Below are positions 44,623 through 62,097 of a stretch of 64,000 nt of DNA, one piece after another. The notes below the pieces were generated by a model that saw nothing but the letters and a program-made list of their open reading frames with translations, made no database searches and was not told the origin of the DNA. This DNA is from Macrostomum lignano (Eukaryota), in the NCBI GenBank assembly GCA_002269645.1, contig NIVC01000366.1:124001-188000 (forward strand), written 5' to 3'. The stretch's first letter is position 1. Every line of letters begins with the position of its first letter. A program made the translations under genes and the position numbers.

Positions 44623-44658
44623 CCTATCTATCTACCTATCTATCTATCTATCTATCTT

Positions 44659-44698
<40 letters not shown>

Positions 44699-44710
44699 CC
44701 TATCTATCTT

Positions 44711-44742
<32 letters not shown>

Positions 44743-44743
44743 C

Positions 44744-44774
<31 letters not shown>

Positions 44775-44775
44775 C

Positions 44776-44808
<33 letters not shown>

Positions 44809-44809
44809 G

Positions 44810-44866
<57 letters not shown>

Positions 44867-44867
44867 C

Positions 44868-44904
<37 letters not shown>

Positions 44905-44940
44905 GATCTATCTATCTATCTGTCTATCTATCTATCTACC
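44410..44940. repeat. (TCTA)n microsatellite
   Basis: Direct inspection. Confidence 0.98.
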
Positions 44941-45036
44941 TATATAAACCAAAATGCAGTCAATAATTATTATAGTCCTATTAACCTCAGCACAACCAAT
45001 CGCACGGTAGCACAAGTCAGCAGGTCAGGCAGCAGC

Positions 45037-51437
<6,401 letters not shown>

Positions 51438-52099
51438 CTGAAAGAGTTTTGCAGTAAGTAGGTTTTCTGTGTAAGACTTCTGTGTAAGACCAAACCTATA
51501 GACTTTGGTCCACAAAGCTTCTCTATATGGCCATCAGGTTCCAGTTCTTTTAAACTTTACAACAGCAAGCTGGCCTGCTCAAGGTTTGTCTCTTCTTCAT
51601 ACTCATTTTGGCTCTTTTCTCTTAGGCCTATCTTCCCCTTTTTTCTCTAATAAATAATTCTTCTCTTTCCACTTTCCTCTCCTCACCCTTCCCATTTTTC
51701 CTTTCCCATCTATTTTCTCTGTTGTATTCTCTTTCTTCTCTTTTCTCTGGCTTATTGGTAGGAATAGGATACCAATTTGGCATTAAAAGTACAAATATAT
51801 AAACCAAACAAGCTGTTGAAACCCGCGGATTTTGAACCCGGGGAATTCCAATCCCCGGAACTACTTTTGCATGTATTCTGAAATCTAAGGCCATACACAA
51901 ACAAATTAATGTTAGTAGGATAGAGGTAGACATAAAATGGAGCACATTCGTGTAAAATTAGGGTTTGAGGCAAACATTGATATTGTTGGCTGGGGTACTC
52001 CGAAGAATGTCAGGCAATGTCTGTTTGACTCTAAAACATGTATTGGCAAACTCTGGCCTCTCCCTGACTCTCCCTACGTCCCTTAGATCCTTTAAAATT

Positions 52100-52731
52100 T
52101 CTATCGTCTCTTCTGTTTCCTCTCTTCTCTCTCGTCCCTCGTCTCTTCTCTCTCCTCTCTCTTCTCTCCTCTCTTCTCTCGTATCTTCCCTCATCTCTCT
52201 TCTCTTTCATCTCTCTTATCTCATCTCTTGTCTCTTCTCTCTACTCTTTCCTCTCTCTCTCTCCTCTCTACTTTTCGTCTTCTCTCTCCTCTCCTCTCTC
52301 CTCTCTACTCTTTCGTTTTCTCTCTCCTCTCTTCTCTCCTATCTTCTTTCGTATCTTCCCTCATCTCTCTTCTCTTTCATATCTGTTATCTCATCTCTTC
52401 CCTCTTCTTTTCTCTCTCCTCTCCTCTCTCCTCTCTCCCCCTCTTCTCTCGTCTCTTCCTTCTCCTCTCTATTCTTTTCTCTCTTCTCTTAACTCTCTTC
52501 TCTACTCTCTCATCTCTCCTCTCTACTCTTTCCTCTCTATCTCCTCTCTCCCCTCTTCTCTCGTCTCTTCTCTCACCTCTTTCCTCTCATCTCTTTTCTT
52601 GTTTTATCTCTTCTCTCTCCCCTCGTCACTCGTCTCTTCCCTCACCTCTCTTCTCTCTTGTCTGCATTTTTATCTCTCCTTTCTCTTCTTTTATTTTTTC
52701 TCTCTTATCTCTTCGCGTTTCTCTCTGCTCT

Positions 52732-52814
<83 letters not shown>

Positions 52815-53445
52815 TCTCCTCTCCCATCTCTCTTCTCCTCTCTACTCTCTCCCTCTTCATTCTCCTATTTCCTCTCCTCTCTCCTCTAGTCTCTGTAATC
52901 TCTTCTCTCTTCTCTCTCCTCTGTTCTCTCTACTCTCCCATCTCTCGTCTGTTCACCCTCATCTCTGCTCTCTCATCTGTCATCTTTACTCTCTTATACG
53001 TTCTCTCACTTATCTCCTCTGTACTCTTCTCTTTCACCTCTTCTGACTCCTCTCTTTCCTTACTCCTCTCTTCTTTTCTCTTCCCTCTTCTATACTCTCT
53101 TATCTCTATCTCTTCTCTTCTCACTCCTCTCTCCCCCTCTTATCTCCTCTCTTCTCTATCCTTTCTACTCTCTCCTCTCCTCTTGACCCTCTGTCATCTT
53201 CTTTCTGCTCTCTCATCTCTACTCTCTTCTCACTCTTCTTTACTCTCCTCTCATCGATCCTCTGTCTCATCTCTCCCCTCTTCTCACCTTTACTCTTTCC
53301 TCTCCCTCCTTTCTCCCCTCCTCTCGCTTCTTCCTCCCTTCTTCTCTGCTCTCTCCTCACCACTTGTCTCTCCTCTTATCTTCCATGTTTTCTCTTACCC
53401 CCCTCTCGCCTCTCCTCTCTTCTAATCTCTTCTTCTTCTATCTCT
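52100..53445. repeat. CT-rich low-complexity tract
   Basis: Non-periodic polypyrimidine sequence. Confidence 0.92.
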
Positions 53446-54179
53446 TCTAAGTCTACCGGTATTCCTTCTCCTTTCCACTCTCATCTGGCCCGCACATAAG
53501 CTGGATTCTTTATCTGGCTTTTGAAGTAAAAGTCTGCCGATCCCTGCTTCGAAAGCCAGTTTGTGGGACGTACTACTCTCATCGTTATTCTCATGCTTTG
53601 ATCACGTCATCTTTCTTGCCAATTTGCAGCCCTGAAAGGAGTTTGTGTATCTTCAGCTCCACTGCAGTCTGCATCAGTCTAACAACCAAGGAAATACGCA
53701 TTTCTTAGGCCATTTAAATTTCAAAGTACTTTTAAGAGAAACTTAAAATTTCCATGGTGTGCCTAATTTAGTAGGGTTGTATTTCATTGCATCGCATCGC
53801 CTTTTCATAAATATTTCGCTTTTACAAACCATGCTTGATTGCCTCGATTTGCCAATTGCCATCCACTGTTAAACTGCTGCAGAGTTTGCCTATACAGAGG
53901 GGAGGGCAGTGGTTAGAATTCTCACTAAACTGTTATGGCTAAACGTAGCCTCTCCACTCTCGGGGTGCGAGATTGCGAGAAGGCTATAAATAAAGTTATT
54001 CCAAAACACTGTACATTTGCTATGTACATTCAGTCCTATCGCCTGACCCTTCGTCTGGCTCTGGGGGAATGAGTGAGTGAGTGGCACAAACAACAGAAAA
54101 AGCAGACAAACTTCACATGCTTACAGTTTCTTTTTCGGTTGAGTTACAGAGTTGAAACTTTACATTTAGATAGAGAATG

Positions 54180-54712
54180 AGTCAATGAAGAATTGTGTCA
54201 AGTTTAAAGTCAATCGCTTTACGTGGAGCAAACTTATGGCAGCTGAAAGTTAGTCAATTTTGAAACCCTTTTACACATCTGGGCCCAGATCGGGAAAGAG
54301 AGGCAGGCGGGCGGAGGTTGGGGTGGTTGCTACGCTGAAAAAACAGCCTAACTTTAAAAGTGCACAGCGGCTTTCAGGATTAACTTTGAGATTTGAAATT
54401 TTACACGATTGTGTCAAAATAGTTGAAAATTGCCTGTGTCAAATTTGAAGAGAATCGGTAGAAGTGGAGCGGCGCTATGGAGGATTTAGTGAAAAAATCG
54501 CGCATTTTGAGCAGTTTTTTTTACTTTTAGGTAGGAAGACTTGAGTCTAGGAAATTAAAAGGTAGCCTAAGACATTCTCCGTAGTAAGTTTAGGGTGGGT
54601 GTAAAATTTGGTGTAATTTGGTTGAGCGGTTTGGGAGTCCATAGCGATCAAAATTGTCCACACACAGACAGACACACACACACACAGAGTTTTGATTTTT
54701 ATAGGTAGAGAT
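54180..54712 (+). mobile_element. Possible non-autonomous Helitron/Helentron-like (HINE/Lep1-like) element
   Basis: Ends with aaaatttggtgtaatttggttgagcggtttgggag...cacacagacagacacacacacac...ttttataggtagagat, an organisation similar to such elements as I recall them. CpG-rich compared with its surroundings. Confidence 0.4.
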
Positions 54713-56162
54713 AGTTAGCGTGATGTGACACATCATGACACAAAAAGCTGGCTACAAAGGACTTTAAAATACAAATATAGATATAGAATATGTGGAATTT
54801 TTTGTTGTGATACAACTTTATATTAGACTATTAATTAAATTTATATATAGATATAGCTTTAAACTTCAACTTGGGTATATAGTCTAGAAAATCTGGCATG
54901 CTACCAAAGAAAATTTAAATGTAGTCATAGATAAGTAGGCCTAATAGCATACCTTAGAAAAAGTTATCATGAGATATAGTGCAGTGTATGACTATGTATC
55001 CAAAAACTATGTTTATCTAATGAATAGGTCTACCTATAGGTTTTCTAAAAGCTACTAATGTGTATATATCTTAAAACTATATGTTTTTCAAAATAATTCT
55101 AATAGAAAACACAAATAGAAGAGAAATTTAATTAGGCCTAGGAGTTAGAGATCTAGAGATCTTTAAAGATATCTTTATAAAGCCTTAGCCATTTCCCGTT
55201 TAGCATAAATTAAGACTAAGAGAAGATAAAAAAAGATAGGTCTAGTGGTCTAGCCACTAGGCCTAGCCTAGGTGGAGAGGCAGGAAGACTACCATGTATA
55301 GGCTATAAGTACAACCTTTCTAGCCTAATATTTGAATTTGATACATTTAAAGTTTGGTAGGGGCCTAGGCCTATCAATCCTTTCCTATTTCCTTTTCCTA
55401 TTTCCTTAATAAAGAAAATTAAATAAAGCAATATTTAACTGTATTAGTATTACAAAAAAATTACAATTACAATTTTTTAATTTTTAAATTAAAAATTACA
55501 TAAAATTTTCTATTTTTGTAACAGTTAAACATTGCTTTATTTATTTTCTTTATTTACAATGAATAAGGCGAAATCCAAAAACGTGGGATAAAACGGTAAA
55601 ACAAATCTGCGGACATTCGATGGAAAGTAATGTATCTAAAAAAGGTTTTTGAAAGATAGATAGGTCTTTAGAAAATAGTTCTGGATAAAAACTATTGTTT
55701 TCATGCTTTATATTGTTGAATAAATAAGAAAAAACCACAAAAAAGCATTTTGAAAGTCCGAGTTGACCGATTTGCAATTTTTTGTTTCACTTTTTTTCAT
55801 TATTAAACAATTAATTTTAAGACTTGTAGGCCTTAGAGAAGGCTAATTTTTTTACTACTTACAAAACAGAAAGTAATCTGTGTTTTACTTTTTATTCAAT
55901 TCAAAAAGATGAAGTATTTCTAAGGATTTCAAAGTTTTTCTAAAACCATATAAACTCGCAAAAATTCATACTAATATAAAGTGCAAAGTTTGCCAGCAAA
56001 CATATTTTTCTAAAAGTAAATATATCGCTAATTCCTTGTTGCAAAATAATCTTTAAGTTGTTTTCTTTCATTTAAATATCAACTTGCATAGTATTAGTAT
56101 TTGTAATATGCCTATATTTAGACTTAAAAATTTTGGGTAAAAAATGGTACCACAAAATGTGA

Positions 56163-56515
56163 ACCCGGCATCCAAATCAGATGCTTACTGTATGCTCATT
56201 GTCATTAAGCGACGAAGAACAATGAAATTACACTAAAACATGTATCATCGCGGCGTGTATGCAGGAAAAAAAGAATTTTCCAAATCGCTTCAGTAGAAGC
56301 TGAGTAAAATGCAATTTTCCAATCCTTATGGGAATTCCAATGTGTTACCCGGCTTCCAAATCAGATGCTTACTGTATGCTTATTAAGCGACGAAGAACAA
56401 TGAAATTACACTAAAACATGTATCATCGCGGCGTGTATGCAGGAAAAAAAGAATTTTCCAAATCGCTTTAGTAGAAGCTGAGTAAAATGCAATTTTCCGA
56501 TCCTTACGGGAATTT
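56163..56515. repeat. Tandem duplication of about 184 bp (2 copies)
   Basis: acccggc.tccaaatcagatgcttactgtatgct...gctgagtaaaatgcaattttcc starts at 56163 and 56347. Confidence 0.92.
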
Positions 56516-58870
56516 GTGTGTTTAAATAATAAACTTACGTTGAATACAATTTATTGCAAACGAACTCTACAAAATACACGTTGTCAAGAGTAACGAAAGT
56601 GATAAACAAATAAAACCTTAAAATAATGTTAAATATGTTGTAGAATTATAGAGTGTAACATTATAAGATAGTTAAAGTTAATAAAATACATTATTATAGC
56701 TTTTCAATCATTTTCATTAGACTCATTTTAGGTCGTAATTAAACTTACCGTTTTAACAAATCATTTTATTAAAAATAAAGCTATACGAAAATAATTTGTG
56801 CTTTAATAGACTTTTTTACTTTTTAAAAACTTGAATAAATTTATTTTATAGCTTTATTGCTTTCAAATTGCCAAAAAACGAATTTTCATAAAACTTGCCC
56901 CCGATTTTTGGATTTCCCCATAACTTAGTTACACATTTTTATTTAATTTTATTTAATTATTATTAAATTGCTTAAAATAAAGCATTTAAAAAAGCTACTA
57001 ATGTGTAGCTTTGTACATACTAGAAAAATTTTATCTAATTTAATTTATTAGATAAATTAAATAAAGCAATATTTAACTGTTACAAAAAAATTTTTTCTCA
57101 TTTTCTTTATTTCTTTATTTACAATTACTTACAGAGTTGCAGTCTTTTTAATTATGTTTTCTAATTCAAACGCACGTCAGCGTCCTGTGAACATCTCTGC
57201 TTTTCTCGTGGTCGGCATTTCATGACGATTCTCTATTAGGTTTCTGGTTTATGTAGCTTAATACTCTGAGACAATTCAAAATTAAATATTAAAAAATTCA
57301 AAAGTTTGATTTCTTTTTTTAAATATATCAATCTTGTGACAAAAATTTTTAAATATAGTCCGAAACATAAATCTTAACAAAATAACTACAAGGTAATATT
57401 ATGAAGCGCCTCTTACCACTAAAATGTCAATACTTATGGAATCTTTAATTTTTTATTAAAAATGATGTGTGTCCATCACAATAGCAACTTGTCACCGAAA
57501 CGACTACTTGTCACCGAAACAACTGCTGGTACCCTTGGCACGTAAGGCCATAGGACAGTAAGCCTTAGATAATTAAAAATTAGTTAACATAGAAATTACA
57601 ATCCTAAATTTTTAAACAAAAAGCTTGATAAATATTAACAGGGCTATTAGAAAGGCAAGGCATATTAGATGGTTTAAAGTGAGTCTTTCTTCTATCAAAC
57701 AACAAAAAAACAGGGGCCTAACTAACAATTTTTGTGCCAAAAAATAAAAAAACCTAAAAACCCGCTTTTTAAAACTTTCCAAAAGAAAAATAGCCTGTTC
57801 GTCTCGTCCTACTACTGGAGTAGGCTGGCCTTGTCCTTAAAATCTAGGCCTACCTTTGCATAGCCTAGGGCCTGTATAAAGTATAAGTCAGGCCAAAAAA
57901 TAGGCCTAGGCCTATTAGGCCTAGTGAAATATAATTAATTAGTGAATATAATTAGTAAATATAATATAATATAATATATAATATTATAATAGAATATAAT
58001 ATAATTAGTGAATATAATTTAATTTGTGAAATATTAGTATAAAATATAGCCTGGACCTAGTATGGTCTAGGTCCAACATTTTTTGGCCAAGGCTGGGTTG
58101 ACTAGGTCTGGTTTTACCCCTGATGGCCTGATCCAATTGAGGCCTATGAAATTTAAATTGACTATTACTATTATTAATAGCAAATTTAGAGTTAGGGCTT
58201 ATTGATAGGGGCCTAAATGATAGTATAAAGGCCTAGCTTTATTGGCTTTAGATCTAGACCTAATTCTCTGTTTGGAAGTGTCCATCCACTGCATCATACA
58301 TGCGCAACTGCTGGCCGAGCTGGCCGATCCGGCCACCGTAAATTGTGGCTGACCAGGGGTAAGTCGCAAAATTGAGTCAACCAAAAACAGAAAAACACAA
58401 GAACCAAGAAAGGCAAGAGGAAAGCGAAAGAAAGAGCAGTTCAGGGAAAATGGTGAAGCAAAAGAAAAACAATTCGCAAAAGAAGCAAACTAAGTTGTAA
58501 AAATAATCAGGTAAGTCGCAAAAAGGATCAGGTAAGTCGCAACAGGAATCAGGTAAGTCGCAAAAGGATCAGGTAAGTCGCAAAAGGATCAGCTAAGTTG
58601 CAAAAGGGTTAGGTAAGTCGCAAAAGGATTAGGTAAGTCGCAAAAAGGATTAAGTAGGTCGCAAAAAGGATTAGGTAAGTCGCAAAAAGGATTAGGTAAG
58701 TTGCAAAAAAAAGCAACTAAGTCGCAATAAGAGGGAAGTAAGTCACAATCAGAGGCAATCAGGGGGTAGTAGGTGCAAGTGTGGCAGGAGAGCAAAAACA
58801 GAATAGAAGCCTTCAACCACAGACAAGATCTTTGAAATCAGAAGCCCGCGTCATTTCTTAAACTCTGGAG

Positions 58871-58925
58871 CAGGGGTTGGCAAACTCCGGCTCGCGAAGC
58901 CCCTCTATCTGGCCCTCGCCCCTCG
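58871..58925 (+). mobile_element. hAT/Charlie-like terminal fragment nested in element A
   Basis: CAGGGGTTGGCAAACTCCGGCTCGCG resembles the CAGGGGTCGGCAAACTNCGGCCCGCG termini of hAT-Charlie elements. No partner end found. Confidence 0.45.
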
Positions 58926-58959
58926 GGTTCTTTGAAACTTTCTAACTAGCAAGGTTGGT

Positions 58960-59690
58960 GTCTCTTCAACTCTCATCTCTCTCTTCTTCTCTACCTTGCC
59001 TCCCCTCTTCTCTCTCTCCCCCTTTTCCCTCTTCTCTCTCTCCCCCTTTTCCCTCTTCTCTCTCCTTTCATTTTTACTCTCCTCTCTTCTCCCCTCTCCT
59101 TTCTCCCCTTTTCTCTCTACTCTTTCTCCTCAATGCCCTCTTCTCTCCTCTTATCTTCAGCAAAAATGTGTGCATATTTTCTTACTTCAAAGTAGAGGGA
59201 ATAGAAGATTGGAGATAAGCAAACAGAGGAGAGGCGAGCGATGCAATGGGAGAAAAGATAGAAGATGAGAGAAAAGCTGAGGGAGGAGAGAGATGAGAGA
59301 GATGAGAGGAAAGAGGAAAGATATGATGATGGATGAGATCAGAAAAGAGAGGAAAGAGGAAAGAGGAGAGAAGAAAGGAGATAAGAGAGTAGACGAGAGA
59401 AGAGAGGATAAGGAGGAGATAAGAGGAGAGTGAAGAGAGGAGAGATAAGAGAGAAGAGAAGAGAGGAGAGATGAGATGAGAGAGTTGAGTGGAGAGAGAC
59501 GAGAGGAGAGATAAGATGAGAGAGTAGAGTGAAGTGGAGAGAGACGAGAGGAGAGATAAGAATGTAGACAGGAGACAGAAGAGATAAGAGAGGAGGAAAG
59601 AGAGGAGAGAGGAGAGGAAAGAGAGAAGGGATGAGGGATGAGAGAGAAAAGAAAAAGAGGATGAGAAGATTGAGGAAAGGAGAGAATTTG
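58960..59690. repeat. CT-rich then AG-rich low-complexity tracts inside hAT element A
   Basis: Direct inspection. Confidence 0.88.
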
Positions 59691-61438
59691 CAAAGGCCTC
59701 AAATCTTAATTTAACATGCATTTACTCCCATCCTTGTTTGCCTTTTTCCTAACTGTTAACAAGTTTTTGTTTGAGCATGACTCCAAATTTAAGAATCTAT
59801 GCAAAATAGTTCCAGGAATTGGAATTTAGTGGTTTCAAAATCTGTGGGTTTTCACAGCTTGTATCTCTACTGGATTTGTATTCTGCATCTGATGAGCCAT
59901 CTGAATCAGGGCTCTCATCTTCCATGCCAAATCGTCTAGCAAGTGAAATTATTCTTGAGCTATAGGCCACACTGTATTACTCTCCTTACTTCTTACTTCT
60001 TACTTCTTACTTACTTACTTCTAGACACTTACTTCTAGGCACTTACTTCTAGACATTCATGAATCATGACTTTTGTCTTTACATGTCTTTACTCATTGTC
60101 ATCATTACTAATTGCCTCAGGCCGCCACTATGATATACTGATTAGCTGTAATAAAAACCGCGAAATCTGCACTAATTAGCTGGCGAGGCATTTAGCCTTT
60201 AAAATATGGTCATGGTTACTCCTGCCGTTTACCCACAATTCTTTGTTTAGCTTTCTTACATAGGTAAGTCGCATTTTTGATCGAAAACTAAGTCGCACGG
60301 CCAGCGTAATTTCAGAAGTTGCGCATGTATGCACTGCATCCAGCATTGCCTATGTCAATAGGTTATCTTACACAGAATGTATTATAATATAAATTATATT
60401 ATCTAATTCCAACTTAATAATTAAAAAATAAAGGCCAATACCAACATATATATATAAATTATTATTATAGCTAGGCCCTAATGCATTTCAACATAAGTGG
60501 TCATCTTCAAGGCTTGCACTCATGGTTCAAAATTCTGTACCCTATATTTAAATAAATAAAGAAAATCAAAAACTGTAGGCCTACAGGGCAATAGACGAAT
60601 GGGTTCAGTCCATGAGTCCAATTGATAATTATACATTAAAAGATGAAAATAAATTAAATTATTAAGCCATCACATAAAACAAACAAACACACAGCAAAGA
60701 ATATTGGCTAGGAGAGCCGCAAACCTACACTAAGCCTAGAAAACTTTGAGTTGTAAATTGGCTCCTCCATCTACAAGCTAAATAGCTAGGCCTATTCCGA
60801 CTAGGTCTATGATACTTAATGTGCAAGGCTTTTAGCACTTTAAGTTTGTCATCAAATCTACATCTATCCAGAACAGTGAAAAGCTCAGTCAGCTCATGCT
60901 CACAACAAGCATTACAACTAAGCAAGTGATAATACATAGCAGAGTTATTCATTCTATGCTTCCTAGCCCTAGTATACAGGTGCTTTTTGGTTTTTCCTAT
61001 ATAGGAAATGTTCTGATCACTAGAGCAACAAAAGGCACCTATACACTAGGGCTAGGGAGCATTGAATAACTCTGCTGTGCATGATCACTTGCTTCCAAAA
61101 AGCAAAAAAGCAACAAAAATTGGACTTTGTAAAACAAGCAAGGGGATAATTAGATATTATTATGTTAACTTAAGTTTATAAAGTGGAGTCCCTAATTATC
61201 CCCTTGCTTATTGTCCTTTATCCTAATCTAAGTCTAATTATTGTTGCCTTTTTTCATAAACCTAGCTTGCTAATATCACTGTAAGGAGAATGATAGGCCT
61301 ATCGGCTATCATTTGTGTATATAGCTTGATAGAGTAGGTTAATTAGGCTCCACTTTATGAGCTTAAGTTGATAGGCCCTTTTTATAGTACTGTATTAATA
61401 TAGCTCTTTGGTTTTAGGGGCAGATTTAAGGGGGGGTA

Positions 61439-61751
61439 CATACATGCCCAATAGTCGGCCAAGTCGGCTGGATTGAAGTTGGCCAATCTGGCTGACCAAT
61501 TTGGCAGCTAACCAAGGAAGTCGCAAAAAATGCCCACCTGAAAAAATAACTAAGTAGTTGTACTAAGTAGCTGATGAGGCATTTTGGCTTAATAAGACAG
61601 TCATAGTTACTCATGCTGTTTACCCAAAGTTGCGTTAATTTTGCTTTAGGGTTCTTTTTACATCTAAGTCGCATTTTTGGTTAAAAACTACATCGCATTT
61701 TTGTTAAAACTAAGTCACATGGCCAACCGAACTCGAGGTTGCGCATGTATG
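61439..61751. mobile_element. MITE of the same hAT-type family, copy B (313 bp)
   Basis: Ends CATACATGCCCAAT and GGTTGCGCATGTATG. Exact 8-bp TSD GGGGGGTA at 61431-61438 and 61752-61759. Same AAGTCGCA subterminal motifs as copy A. Confidence 0.85.
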
Positions 61752-62097
61752 GGGGGGTAGGAGGGCAGCTACTCTATGCAAAGAATATAAGTTATGAGAC
61801 TGCACTTAAACTAAACCTACTTTTCAATTTAGGGAGAAATTTCAAAATTCAGAATGTCTGTATATACACTTTATATACAAAAACCCAGTTTTTAATGCTT
61901 GGAAAAAATTATCTAGCATCTATCATTTAACAAATTTATAAATGTCAAATATTTTTAGGATGTTTTTTATTATTATTATTTATAAATTCAATATTTCAAT
62001 TTGTCATATAGGGGGCCTACCTTATTATTTGGTTTTAGTTGTAATTTTATATGAACTAGTTTTAGCTTACAACTTTCCTTTGCAGCAATATTCAAAT

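Larger units (their letters stand above)
58295..60331. mobile_element. Non-autonomous hAT-type DNA transposon, copy A (2037 bp)
   Basis: Perfect 15-bp TIRs CATACATGCGCAACT (58295-58309) and AGTTGCGCATGTATG (60317-60331). Exact 8-bp TSD CACTGCAT at 58287-58294 and 60332-60339. Repeated subterminal AAGTCGCA motifs. No transposase ORF. Confidence 0.88.

Noticed and set aside
51958-53425. Leu/Ser-rich or Arg/Glu-rich ORFs, also at 58955-59721
   Set aside because: Translations of CT/AG low-complexity DNA.
53460-53690. Exon-like minus-strand segment after ttccttggttgttag
   Set aside because: All frames stop within about 30 codons and no partner exon or homology was recognised.
59760-59960. Acidic minus-strand frame (MEDESPDSDGSSDAEY) as a hAT transposase remnant
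   Set aside because: Under 60 aa, no DDE or hATC motif, and it overlaps the dispersed repeat head.
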